From assembly GCA_963766075.1 (NCBI GenBank), contig CAVYAN010000072.1:1-64000 (forward strand): a DNA stretch of 64,000 bases, in the 5' to 3' direction. The notes beneath the pieces are model-generated. The model ran no database searches. It was given only the letters and a program-made list of their open reading frames with translations, and was not told the DNA's origin. Shown here in pieces: positions 33,504-43,140 of the stretch; the stretch's first letter is position 1; each line of letters starts with the position of its first letter. A program made the position numbers and the translations under genes. The stretch comes from an uncultured cyanobacterium. GTDB taxonomy: Bacteria; Cyanobacteriota; Cyanobacteriia; Leptolyngbyales; Leptolyngbyaceae.

Positions 33504-33869
33504 CTAACCTCGAAGCAGTTGTTTGACGGTACCCACCAATTCCGTGGGCTGGAAGGGTTTAGCAATATAGGCATCAGCACCTTGCTTCATGCCCCAGTAG
33601 CGATCAAACTCCTCACCTTTGGAAGAGCACATGACGACGGGGACATTTTGCGTCTTGGGGTCGGATTTGAGGCGACGACAGACTTCATAGCCGTTCATGC
33701 GGGGCATGACAATGTCTAACACCACGAGATCCGGAGGATGTCCTTGGATTTGTTCTAACGCCTCAACGCCATCAGTCGCGATGGAAACATCCAGACCACT
33801 GCCCTTTAAGAGGTCGGTGATCATTTCCCGTTGGGTAACACTATCTTCCACGACTAGAACTGTACTCAT
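33504..33869 (-). CDS. pilH: CheY-like response regulator (PilH/HmpB type)
   Basis: VLVVEDS, LDIVMPRMNG, WGMKQGADAYIAKPF. Confidence 0.9.
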   Translation of the reverse strand: MSTVLVVEDSVTQREMITDLLKGSGLDVSIATDGVEALEQIQGHPPDLVVLDIVMPRMNGYEVCRRLKSDPKTQNVPVVMCSSKGEEFDRYWGMKQGADAYIAKPFQPTELVGTVKQLLRG

Positions 33870-33950
33870 AATCCCTTTACCTGCTTTCCGACTGACACGT
33901 TAACGGGAAGCTCCCAACGCTACTCACCTTAAATAAGGTACCCTCAATTC

Positions 33951-35246
33951 CTAATTAAATGTTGTTGGCAATGGCGAAGTTGCTGTGGACCTCTCAATTT
34001 CTCCTTGATCTTCTTCTATCTCATCTTGCCCAGTTTTATCCAAAATTTCTGGAGGGAGGCTTTGCTGAACGACGCCGGGGCCGATATATTTTTCGACCAG
34101 GGTTAATAGTTCCGTGGCCCCGAAGGGCTTGGTGAGGTAGTCTGTGGCACCCACGATGCGGGCCCGAACGCGGTCGATAAAGCCGTCGCGCCCAGTCAGC
34201 ATGACAATGGGGATTTGGCGGAAAGCCGTAGATTCTCGGAGCATGGCGCACAGTTGATAGCCATCGAGTTCAGGCATAGAAATATCACAGAGGATCAGGT
34301 CAGGTTTGATCTGAAACACTTGACTGAGGGCGTCTAGGGGATTTTCCAGCGTCCAGATTTCGTAGCTTTGGGATTGCAAGATTTGGGCGATGGTCTCCCG
34401 GATGGTGCGACCGTCATCAATACAGACAATGCGCGAGGTTCGGGTGGTTTGCCATCGGTCAAATTCCTTGATGGAGTAGGGCTTGCCGACGACGATCGCA
34501 TCAACGAGAGCGCGATCGCCCATTTGAATAATGCTTTGTTGGACATAGGGATAGATGGCCCGGGCCACCGTCAAAATATCGCGATTGAGGTAACGAGAAA
34601 TTTGGCGGATAGAGGTTTTGGCATCGGCATAGCGATCGAGGGCATTGAAGGTGGTTGCGGCGATCGCCTCTTTCAGCGCAGCGGGGTGGGCGATCGCGGG
34701 GCATTGATCAGGAGACTGGATCAGCGGATAAAACTGCTTCCACTCCTGGACTTGTTTCACCGTTTGGGCCAACAGGGGACTAATCTCCACGGTCGTTAGT
34801 TGAGGGGCAAGGGCAGAACTCAACTCAAACACAAAGGTCCCCTGATGCAGACTGAGCAAGTCAAACAGGGTTTCTTGAACCATGCCCTCGATCATGGCCC
34901 GTCCCTGGGCAGGAGTGAGAAGCTGTTTCTCTAAAAGCGTCCAGAGCGCATCGTATTCCGGCAGCGTGGAGGCAATAGTGGCCACCTCCAAATCATTCAG
35001 CGCCTTCTCCGCCTTGTATCGCCGCAAGTAATCAGACAACCGAGCCAGATGCGTGCTCTTGTCAGTGGCGTAAATAATTTGACCATTCAAGAAAAAAACC
35101 AGCCAAAAGTGGCGCACGCCCGGAGTCGATCCAACACCGCCTGCAGCCATTGGATAAGCCTCCACAAAAAGCTCACCAGTCCGCTGCCCTAGCTCAATGA
35201 GCTGGAAAATACTACGGATATCGATTTCGGATAGCTTTCCCTGCAT
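33951..35246 (-). CDS. PatA-family response regulator (PATAN plus receiver; PilG-like)
   Basis: QLIELGQRTGEL N-terminus, C-terminal receiver CIDD...CDISMPELDG...YLTKPF; first gene of the chemosensory operon. Confidence 0.9.
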   Translation of the reverse strand: MQGKLSEIDIRSIFQLIELGQRTGELFVEAYPMAAGGVGSTPGVRHFWLVFFLNGQIIYATDKSTHLARLSDYLRRYKAEKALNDLEVATIASTLPEYDALWTLLEKQLLTPAQGRAMIEGMVQETLFDLLSLHQGTFVFELSSALAPQLTTVEISPLLAQTVKQVQEWKQFYPLIQSPDQCPAIAHPAALKEAIAATTFNALDRYADAKTSIRQISRYLNRDILTVARAIYPYVQQSIIQMGDRALVDAIVVGKPYSIKEFDRWQTTRTSRIVCIDDGRTIRETIAQILQSQSYEIWTLENPLDALSQVFQIKPDLILCDISMPELDGYQLCAMLRESTAFRQIPIVMLTGRDGFIDRVRARIVGATDYLTKPFGATELLTLVEKYIGPGVVQQSLPPEILDKTGQDEIEEDQGEIERSTATSPLPTTFN

Positions 35247-36075
35247 TCCACTCCGGCTCTAGAACTGGCAACCGACTCGACATTAAGCTCTCAGGCGATC
35301 AACGATTTTATGTTTTCGCAATGTTACTAAAACTTTACTTGGAACGGTTGGCAGCCCCCAACAAGTTGACGTTCCTTTGAATGATGCACTCAGTTATCCC
35401 GGATTTCTGCAGAATACACAGCCTGATCCAAGTTTGACGGCAACCTTGCCATACCCCCTTTATACTCCTACACCTAATTCAGAGGAAATAATTTCTGAAG
35501 ATTTCCTGATAATCAGAATGGATCAGCTCGTCATGCTGGCGGCATCGGGTTTGCAGAAAAGCCAGAGCAACCACTCTGACTGCAAAATCCTCCTGAAGAA
35601 AGCAGGAACAGTTCGACTGAATTCTGAGCTGCCGCGTCCAGAACTCTGGATGAGCATCCAGAAATTCCTCTCATTTCTGCGGCACTGTCTCATAATAGGG
35701 AAGCATCGGCAATTCCTGTCTACCCGAACTCGCGGGCTAGGATAGGAGACACCTTAGTCTTCAATCAGATTTTCTACCTCTCAGGTTTTATGCATTTATG
35801 GGCCCATGGGGCAGCCGGTTAACGCTAGGAAGCTAGAAAAGTCAGATTGGAGTGGGGGTAATTATCCGTGAACGTTGCGCTGAACTGTCAGGCTGAATAC
35901 ACTAGATTCTAATGACAATCGGGACTTGGGTCATGGAATAGTGGGATGGACTCATGGTGGGGCTTTGGTCACAGCAAAGCTAGGATTTGAACCAGAGCGA
36001 TTTGCAAGTAATAAATTTGAAGACTTGAATTTGAAGACTTGAAACAGAGCACAGATACATAAGGGGATTGGCAGC

Positions 36076-37833
36076 GTGCTTTATCTAGCCGAAGTACAAA
36101 AGAAAAGTGGTGGATTGCTGGGTGGCGGCAAGGCAGAGATCAAACTGCTTGCCTGCCAGCGATCTGAGCAAAGCTGGAGTGCTGTGCCGGGGGATGAATC
36201 TCTGCCAGCCGATGAAGCGAATGATTACGCCTCAGGGGCCTTGGTGCTAGTTGACTTGACTAATAATAAGCAAGTGCGGAATGTGCAGCCCGCTGCCCGA
36301 CAACTGGTCAGTATCCTACAGAATTTTTCTCGATTACAAGAAAAATCAAAGATTCAGGAAGAGGAAATTGAACAGTGGAAGGAGTCGTTGACTTACCAAA
36401 GCCATGCCCTGGAGCAGCGTGGCAGAGATTTGGAGGCGCGACAGGAACAACTCCAGCAAATGGAGTCCGACTTGGAGCAATTGGAGCAACAGCGACAGGA
36501 ACTCCAACTTGAACGGGAACAGATTGCCCAGCAGCAGACTGAGTACGCGCGCAATCGTGAGGAGCTAGACGGTGCGTGGAACCACTTGCGCGGGGAGATG
36601 CGGCGGTTAGAAGAACGGCAGTCAGAGATTCAGCAGTCGGCTGTCTTAGGGGATGAAGAGGCGCAGCAGGTCCAGAATCTACTGAACCGGTTGACAACCG
36701 TGACGCCATCCGTAGGCGTATTGCGCGAGCATGTGACGGTGCTGTTGGAGATTCTGAACCTCAAGCAAGGCATCTTAACCCAGCATTGGCAAACGCTGGA
36801 GCAGCAGCAGGTGACCGCACAGCAGATGCAGGGCGAAGTGGACCACCAAGTCCAGGATTTGCAGCAGCGTTGGCAGGACTGGCACCAGGCCCAGGAGAAC
36901 TTGGATCAGGCGAAGTCGGCGGTTCAGGTGCAAGCAGGGGTGTTGAATTTGAAGCAAGAGCAGGCGCACATGCTGGGGATACGGCTTCAGAATCAGGAAG
37001 AGTTATATCAGCAGATTTCTCGCTTGGCGGGGGCAGGAGATTCTTTCAAGTTGGAGCATCCGCTGGATGTTAGCGCCCTAGAAAAAATGCCGATTGATGA
37101 ATTGCAACGGGTGGCCAATGACTTGGAGCAGGATTTAAAAAAGCTGTCCCAGTTTGTGGCCAGTCAGGAGGAAGAACTCGCGGCTAAGCAGCAGGAATTG
37201 GATGAGTTGGCCGCCAAGATTCAAGCGGCGAATGAGTTCGATCGCATGAATCTGGAAAACGAACTGGCGGATGAGCGGGATGGCTACCAAATGCTGAATG
37301 AAACGCTGGTGGGTCAGCGACGGAGCCTGCGGGAACGCGAGGGGATTGTCCATACGCACCAGTCAATTTTGAATCGCCGTCAGGGCTACGCTGAACTGCC
37401 CAATCCGGATGGCGGGGTTGACTTGAGTCCCGTAATTAGTTTATTAGAGGCCCAACGCCAGCAGTATGCGGCAGATCTCCAGAATTTGGCAGATCAACTG
37501 GAACAGATGGCCGCAGCCATGCAGCAAGAGCAGACAACAATTGCCCATCGGGCGCTGGAACAGGAGCAACGGCGGCAAGAGTTGAAGCAAATGGAGCAAA
37601 CCCTAGTGGAGCGGCGCGATGTCGCAGCGCAGACCTGGGGCAAAATCAGTTTGTATCAGGAAATGCTGCAACCCGTACAGGATCAGGTGGATGCACTGCG
37701 ACATCGGATTGAAGGCTTGTCTGATGCCATGTCACAGGTGCAGGAGTCCGGGGATCATCAGATGCAGGCGATCGCTGAGATGCGCCAAGTGCTCATCAGC
37801 TTAACGGGCACAGCGGAGCTGGCTGTATCCTAG
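36076..37833 (+). CDS. hmpF: Coiled-coil pilus motility protein HmpF
   Basis: MLYLAEVQKK..KLLACQR N-terminus, EEIEQWKESLTYQS, long Q/E coiled coil; divergent from the chemosensory operon. Confidence 0.88.
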   Translation: MLYLAEVQKKSGGLLGGGKAEIKLLACQRSEQSWSAVPGDESLPADEANDYASGALVLVDLTNNKQVRNVQPAARQLVSILQNFSRLQEKSKIQEEEIEQWKESLTYQSHALEQRGRDLEARQEQLQQMESDLEQLEQQRQELQLEREQIAQQQTEYARNREELDGAWNHLRGEMRRLEERQSEIQQSAVLGDEEAQQVQNLLNRLTTVTPSVGVLREHVTVLLEILNLKQGILTQHWQTLEQQQVTAQQMQGEVDHQVQDLQQRWQDWHQAQENLDQAKSAVQVQAGVLNLKQEQAHMLGIRLQNQEELYQQISRLAGAGDSFKLEHPLDVSALEKMPIDELQRVANDLEQDLKKLSQFVASQEEELAAKQQELDELAAKIQAANEFDRMNLENELADERDGYQMLNETLVGQRRSLREREGIVHTHQSILNRRQGYAELPNPDGGVDLSPVISLLEAQRQQYAADLQNLADQLEQMAAAMQQEQTTIAHRALEQEQRRQELKQMEQTLVERRDVAAQTWGKISLYQEMLQPVQDQVDALRHRIEGLSDAMSQVQESGDHQMQAIAEMRQVLISLTGTAELAVS

Positions 37834-37871
37834 GCGCTGGCTGTATCCTAGGCGCTGGCTGTATCTTAGAC
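37818..37871. repeat. Three tandem 18-bp units spanning the hmpF stop codon
   Basis: GCTGGCTGTATCCTAGGC at 37818, 37836 and 37854 (third has 2 mismatches). Confidence 0.9.
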
Positions 37872-37924
37872 GCTGACAAGTTGACAAATATCTTAGGCGC
37901 TATATCTTAGGTGCTGATTGTGTC

Positions 37925-38971
37925 TCAAGCGATGTCCTGCTCATTTTTTCCCAGTGAAGTGACGGTCTGGGGCAAGGGAGTTAAAACAATCCACCCTTTT
38001 TCAAGCTGAGCAACAGTCCCGCCGGGGAAGGGATCGGTTTGCGATCGCTGCGGTGCATGAATTAAAGCAACGACTTTTTCGATGTGGTCAAAATTGGGAG
38101 CAATGGGTAATGCTGCCTGGAGAAACTGCCGGATCGTCCGACGCTGCAGGGCCAGAGGCGCACTTTGTAACAAAGCTTGATTGAGTCCCCCCTGACTGGG
38201 ATGGGTAGCCTGAATAAACAGTTGGGTGGCCTGGGCCTCTAGATAGGCCACATCGGCTTGTAGCAGCTCCGCGGTGCGAGCAAGGGCCAATTCGGCATTG
38301 GGGTTAAAATGGTCCTTAAGATATGGCAGCAGTTCCTGCCGGACACGGTTGCGGGCATAGGTGAGGTCTTGGTTCGTCGCGTCATCCCAAACGGGCAGAT
38401 GATGATCCCGGCAAAATTGGAACGTAGTACAGCGGGACGTGGCCAGCAGGGGACGAATGAGGTGAATCTCTGGGGCCAGGGAACGATGCCAAGAGAGCGC
38501 TTGGAGGCCGTCGGCTCCACTACCCCGCAGCAGATTGTACAAGAGAGTTTCAGCCCGATCGCTGGCCGTGTGTCCTGTCGTGACATAGGGACAGCCTGCA
38601 GCTTGCGCCATTTCTGTCAGAGCTTGGTAGCGCCATAGGCGGGCTGCGGCTTCGCTGGTACCAATCCCCGCCGCCGTGCGTTCATGGTAAGGCAGTTGCC
38701 AGGATTGGGCCAACTGGCGGATATGGTCGGCATTAGCGGCGGCATCGATGCGCCAATTGTGGTTGCAGTGGGCGATCGCCAGGGTCCACCCCCATTTGGG
38801 CTGTAAATCCCGCAAGACTTGGATCAAACACAAAGAATCCTGCCCGCCGGAAACCGCCACCAGCAAAGAGGCTGTCGGTGGAATGAGGTGGCGATGTTTG
38901 AGGGTGTGATGCAGGTGCGCGTGCAAAGGCGTCCAGCCATTAGGCGCATCCCCTCCTGGGTTATTCTTCAT
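37925..38971 (-). CDS. tilS: tRNA(Ile)-lysidine synthase
   Basis: VAVSGGQDS, HCNH, EAAAR, TGHTASDRAET, RPLL, RNRVR. Confidence 0.95.
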   Translation of the reverse strand: MKNNPGGDAPNGWTPLHAHLHHTLKHRHLIPPTASLLVAVSGGQDSLCLIQVLRDLQPKWGWTLAIAHCNHNWRIDAAANADHIRQLAQSWQLPYHERTAAGIGTSEAAARLWRYQALTEMAQAAGCPYVTTGHTASDRAETLLYNLLRGSGADGLQALSWHRSLAPEIHLIRPLLATSRCTTFQFCRDHHLPVWDDATNQDLTYARNRVRQELLPYLKDHFNPNAELALARTAELLQADVAYLEAQATQLFIQATHPSQGGLNQALLQSAPLALQRRTIRQFLQAALPIAPNFDHIEKVVALIHAPQRSQTDPFPGGTVAQLEKGWIVLTPLPQTVTSLGKNEQDIA

Positions 38972-39071
38972 CCTTTTCGGTCTTGCTGCTGCCTAAAATT
39001 GCCCCCGGCAAACTATTCACCACTTTATATATTCATAATTAAAAAATATATGGTCACAACAATAAAATAAA

Positions 39072-39899
39072 TTATTGATATCGCTCCAGAAAGTCCAAAG
39101 CCTGATTCCGAAGTTCGTAGTATTCCTTGGATTCTCGCAGTTCATGGCGATCGCGCGGACGAGGCAACGGAATGTCCAAAATTTGACCAATCGTCGCACT
39201 GGGGCCATTGGTCATCATCACCACCCGGTCAGACATAAAGATCGCTTCATCCACATCGTGGGTAATCATCATCACCGCTTGGGGATGATGTCCCCAAATT
39301 TCGAGGACATCCTGTTGCAATTTCGGACGAGTCAAAGCATCCAACGCCCCAAAGGGTTCATCCAGCAGGAGCATTTTAGGACGGGTGGCCAAGGCGCGTG
39401 CCACCCCCACCCGTTGCTTCATGCCGCCCGAAAGTTCGTGGGGATATTTATCGGCAGCAGTCGTTAGCTTCACCATGTCGATGTGCTCATTCACGATCGA
39501 GATCTTGTCGGCCTGCCTAGCAGTTTTGAACACTTCATCCACTGCCATGCGGATGTTTTCTCGGACGGTGAGCCAAGGCAGTAAGGCATAGCCTTGAAAC
39601 ACCATCATCCGCTCCGCTCCGGGTTTGCGAATGGGTTTACCCTCTAACGTGACTAAACCCGACGTGGCTTTCTCTAGTCCTGCAACAATGCGCATTAGGG
39701 TTGATTTGCCACAACCGGAGTGACCGATGACCGAGACATATTCCTGCTTGCCGATCGTCATGTCAATGCCATCCAGCACGACAAACTGACTGCCATCTGG
39801 TTTTGGATAAGCCTTCACGACCTGTTCAATCGTGAGAAAAGACTCAGTCTTAGATGGATAAAAGCTATTGGGATTGACCGACGGCATCGAGGGCATCAT
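39072..39899 (-). CDS. NrtD/CmpD-like ABC ATP-binding protein
   Basis: GHSGCGKST, LLPWLTV, LSGGMKQRV, LDEPFGALD, ITHDVDEA, MTNGP. Confidence 0.92.
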   Translation of the reverse strand: MMPSMPSVNPNSFYPSKTESFLTIEQVVKAYPKPDGSQFVVLDGIDMTIGKQEYVSVIGHSGCGKSTLMRIVAGLEKATSGLVTLEGKPIRKPGAERMMVFQGYALLPWLTVRENIRMAVDEVFKTARQADKISIVNEHIDMVKLTTAADKYPHELSGGMKQRVGVARALATRPKMLLLDEPFGALDALTRPKLQQDVLEIWGHHPQAVMMITHDVDEAIFMSDRVVMMTNGPSATIGQILDIPLPRPRDRHELRESKEYYELRNQALDFLERYQ

Positions 39900-39930
39900 C
39901 CACGTCTCCTGGTTTCAAAGATGGGTCAAC

Positions 39931-41325
39931 TTAGGCAAAGAAATAGGATTGGGGAGCGTTGGCGCGAATTTCAAAGCTTTTAAGATAGCCCACCGGATCG
40001 CTCGGATCAAAGGATTTGCCATCAATAAAAGCAGCGCTCGGCTCAACTTTGTGATTCTCCGACGGACACTGAATGCCCATCTCGGCAGCAATTTCTCGAT
40101 ACAAATCTGTTCTCCAGGCTTGATGGGCGATTTCATCCGCGTTTTTAGGAAACTCCGCGAGTTGCCCCCATCGAGTGGCCTGGGTCATCAGCCATAGGCT
40201 TTGCGACTGCCAAAGAAAAGTGGAGTGGTCATGGGGAATCGCTGAAGTGGGCATATCAAAGAAAAGAGTCGTCTCCGGACTATTGATCATGCGGGGTTGG
40301 CCGTCAAATCCGCCGTAGTTGAAGTTGCCCACAATTCCAGGTCGGGTAAATTTACCCTTTGCTCCAGTAAAAGAGCGTTGGGAAATGATCGTGGCAACCT
40401 CTTCACGATTGGCAGGGTTGCCGCAATATTGGCAGGCTTCGATCATCGCTTTGACCAGCGATCGATAGGTTTTGGGATAGTCCTGAATGAAAGATTCACG
40501 CACGGCTAAGAGGCGATCGGGATGCCCCCGCCAAATTTCCCGCCCTTGGATAAAAGTAAAACCAATCCCTTCGTTTCCTGAAATGGCTCGCGTATTCCAC
40601 GGCTCGGCCACCATGTAGGCTTGCATCGCTCCAATGCGGGTGTTGCTCACCATTTGGGGCGGCGGCGTAATAATGAGCCGCAGCTTGCTTAACGGGTCGA
40701 TGCCCACCGCCGCGAGCAAGTAGCGGACAAAGTACTCGTAAATCGCAGAACTCTGAACCACCGACCAAATGTGATCATCAAAGGGAGAGTTTTCCCAATA
40801 GCTGCGTAAATCGCGACCAAATGCCTCCAGATTACCACCATAGCTGTGCCAGGGTCTGATCCCACCCTCCCAGAGTTGGCGATTCATCGTGAGCGCGTTG
40901 CCGTGGCGGTGAATGGTCATCGCCGCACAGAGGGGAAAGTGCCGTGCTCCTTCTGCGCCGGTGCGGGCATTGGTGACCGCGCCAGAGACCACGGGCGAAG
41001 CATCCAATCGCCCAAAGATAATGCCGTCTCGGGAATTGCCCCAACTGGCTTCTCGACTGAGGGTGACGTTTAAGCCATATTTTCGGAAAAAGCCTTTTTC
41101 CCAAGCAACGGCAAACGGAGCACAGTCATTAACGGGAACGTAGCCAACCGTAAGGTTAGGCTTCTCTAGGCTGGCAGGGTCAATAATTGGCTTCACAGCG
41201 AGGGCTGCTTCTGGCAACCCCACTGGATTTCGAGAGAGTTGTGGGCTACAGCTCGAAAATGCGATCGCTGAAGCAGTAGTGCCTATCCCTTGCAGGAAGG
41301 CTCGCCTTGTCCGCGGTGTATTCAT
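39931..41325 (-). CDS. NrtA/CmpA-family substrate-binding lipoprotein (Tat signal plus lipobox)
   Basis: TRRAFLQG, FSSC, EKGFFRKYGL, ASWG, PPPQMV, AEPWN, IWRGHPD, FIDGKSFDPSDP. Confidence 0.92.
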   Translation of the reverse strand: MNTPRTRRAFLQGIGTTASAIAFSSCSPQLSRNPVGLPEAALAVKPIIDPASLEKPNLTVGYVPVNDCAPFAVAWEKGFFRKYGLNVTLSREASWGNSRDGIIFGRLDASPVVSGAVTNARTGAEGARHFPLCAAMTIHRHGNALTMNRQLWEGGIRPWHSYGGNLEAFGRDLRSYWENSPFDDHIWSVVQSSAIYEYFVRYLLAAVGIDPLSKLRLIITPPPQMVSNTRIGAMQAYMVAEPWNTRAISGNEGIGFTFIQGREIWRGHPDRLLAVRESFIQDYPKTYRSLVKAMIEACQYCGNPANREEVATIISQRSFTGAKGKFTRPGIVGNFNYGGFDGQPRMINSPETTLFFDMPTSAIPHDHSTFLWQSQSLWLMTQATRWGQLAEFPKNADEIAHQAWRTDLYREIAAEMGIQCPSENHKVEPSAAFIDGKSFDPSDPVGYLKSFEIRANAPQSYFFA

Positions 41326-41340
41326 GGGAGTCTCCGAGGC

Positions 41341-42174
41341 TTAAGAGCGTGAAGGGCGGTGAGTCACGATTGTTTGTAATTTAGCAAGGGCATAGTCCAA
41401 AATCAGCCCCGTCAAGCCAATCACAAATACCGCTAAAAACACAGAACTCACATTCAAGCGGTTCCATTCATCCCAAACAAAAAAGCCAATACCAATGCCC
41501 CCGGTGAGCATTTCCACAGCAACAATCACTAACCAGGCGATACCCAAACTAATGCGCAAGCCTGTGAAAATGTAGGGCAAACTGGCGGGCAGTACAACCT
41601 TGATCAGTTGCTTCCAGCGGGGCATTTCTAAGACCTGCGCCACCTCTAGATAATCTTTGGGTACGTTGCTGACGCCTTCCGCCGTATTGATGATAGTGGA
41701 CCAGAGCGAGGTAATAAAAATCACGAAAATTGCCGAAGGCTCCGCTGCATTGAAAATCGCCAAGGCGATCGGTAACCACACCAGGGGAGAAACGGGCTTA
41801 AAGACCTGAATAATCGGATTCAGGGCTAACCAAGCATTGTGCGATAACCCAATCAAAAAACCAACGGGAATAGCCACCACGGCCCCTAGCAAAAAGCCAA
41901 TGCAAACTCGGCGTAAGCTGGCCAACAACAGCCACCCAAGACCAATATCGCCAGGACCGCGATGATAAAACGGATGTAAAATAAAATCTAAATTCTTGAC
42001 GAGTGCTTCGGGTGGCGTGGGCATCATTTCATGCCGAAAGAGGGCAATCAGCCACCAAACCGCAATCACACCGGCGAACCCAGCCATGGGCAGTAGGATA
42101 TTGGCTCTAAATAAGCCTCGAAAATGCCTCATAGGCGAAGTGCTGCCATGCAGAATCGGACTCATCAAAATCAT
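41341..42174 (-). CDS. NrtB/CmpB-like ABC permease
   Basis: SLRRV, PVSPLVWLP, FVIFITSLW, INTAEGV, LPYIFTGLRISLGIAWLVIVAVEM, GIGFFVWDEWN; likely ATG 42174. Confidence 0.92.
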   Translation of the reverse strand: MILMSPILHGSTSPMRHFRGLFRANILLPMAGFAGVIAVWWLIALFRHEMMPTPPEALVKNLDFILHPFYHRGPGDIGLGWLLLASLRRVCIGFLLGAVVAIPVGFLIGLSHNAWLALNPIIQVFKPVSPLVWLPIALAIFNAAEPSAIFVIFITSLWSTIINTAEGVSNVPKDYLEVAQVLEMPRWKQLIKVVLPASLPYIFTGLRISLGIAWLVIVAVEMLTGGIGIGFFVWDEWNRLNVSSVFLAVFVIGLTGLILDYALAKLQTIVTHRPSRS

Positions 42175-42302
42175 GAGCGATCGCACCTTGTTTCAAAATG
42201 GACTGACGCAACTGAGAGTCCAAATAAGAATCCTGTTGAAACCGGTGCCATCTGTTAAAAACGTTAGGACATGCCTTAGCCTTTAAAGATCGCGCCATAA
42301 CA

Positions 42303-42480
42303 GTCTTCCCTCAATGCCGACGAGGTTAGCTGACGGGCTAGGACTGAGAGATGTCCTTTTTCAGCATGTCACTCTGAAAATTCGCCCCCGTGAGCTTAAA
42401 GAGCTTGGTTCCCCCGCTTTTCGTTTCATCTTGCGCAGCGATACACACTGAAGAACGAAAATTAAGCTGACTTAACTCAG
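42303..42480 (-). ncRNA. c-di-AMP riboswitch (ydaO/yuaA class)
   Basis: Minus strand contains in order GCGGGGGAACC, GGGGCGAAU, AGG..CUCUC and AGCCCGUCAGCUAACCUCGUCGGC, the conserved blocks of this class; lies 5' of the ABC operon. Confidence 0.85.
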
Positions 42481-42597
42481 ATTTAAAGGAGGATATCACT
42501 ATCATTTCAGCGCTGTCAACACCTAAATTATCGATACCTAAACCCCTGTGCAGGCTAGAGCGAACCTATACCGACTCAATACTGACTAGAAATATGC

Positions 42598-43026
42598 CTA
42601 ATAATCGTCTTCCTTGCCATACACATCGTCATAGCGGGGGCTATCGATGCGATCAGGACGACTATCTAGGCGAGTGTCCGGGCGAGTGTCCGGTCTACCC
42701 TCTGGGCGGCGATCTTCCCGCTCTCGCCGATCCTCTCGGCGCATATTCAACAGCTTGGGCGTCCGCTCTTCCGGCGCAAACTCCAAGCGGATCCGGACCC
42801 GGCCCCGTTGCCAACCCTGGGTACTGAAGCGCAGAGCCTCGCAGTCTAGCCCATCACTAAACCAGCCTTCATTGTCTTCAGTCCAGTCTTGCTCGCGATC
42901 GCTAACGGCCTGGGCCAAAGCATCCAAAAACTCACCGACTTTAAAGGTGGGATTAGGCATCAGCACCCGCCCGACGCTGATAAAAAGAACTTCATCGTTA
43001 TCCAGCGGTTGAAATTGATCGTTCAT
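42598..43026 (-). CDS. KGK domain protein
   Basis: PTFKVGEF, WFSDGLDCEALR, GWQRGRVRIRLEF, SP..D. Confidence 0.85.
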   Translation of the reverse strand: MNDQFQPLDNDEVLFISVGRVLMPNPTFKVGEFLDALAQAVSDREQDWTEDNEGWFSDGLDCEALRFSTQGWQRGRVRIRLEFAPEERTPKLLNMRREDRREREDRRPEGRPDTRPDTRLDSRPDRIDSPRYDDVYGKEDDY

Positions 43027-43140
43027 TCGTTCCGTCCTTGATTGGTCACAGGCCCTTAGTCATTGGCTATCCAGGATGGGACATGGGTCACAGAATGCTG
43101 CCCCTGACGCCTGTCCCATCACTCAGCAGCCCATGACGCT

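Noticed and set aside
35377..35745. 122-aa ORF in the patA-hmpF spacer
   Set aside because: TTG start, no recognisable motif, lies in the expected promoter region; unsupported.
39072..42174. Naming the ABC genes nrtABD or cmpABD
   Set aside because: Gene order, absence of a C subunit, pocket residues and riboswitch control differ from the canonical operons.
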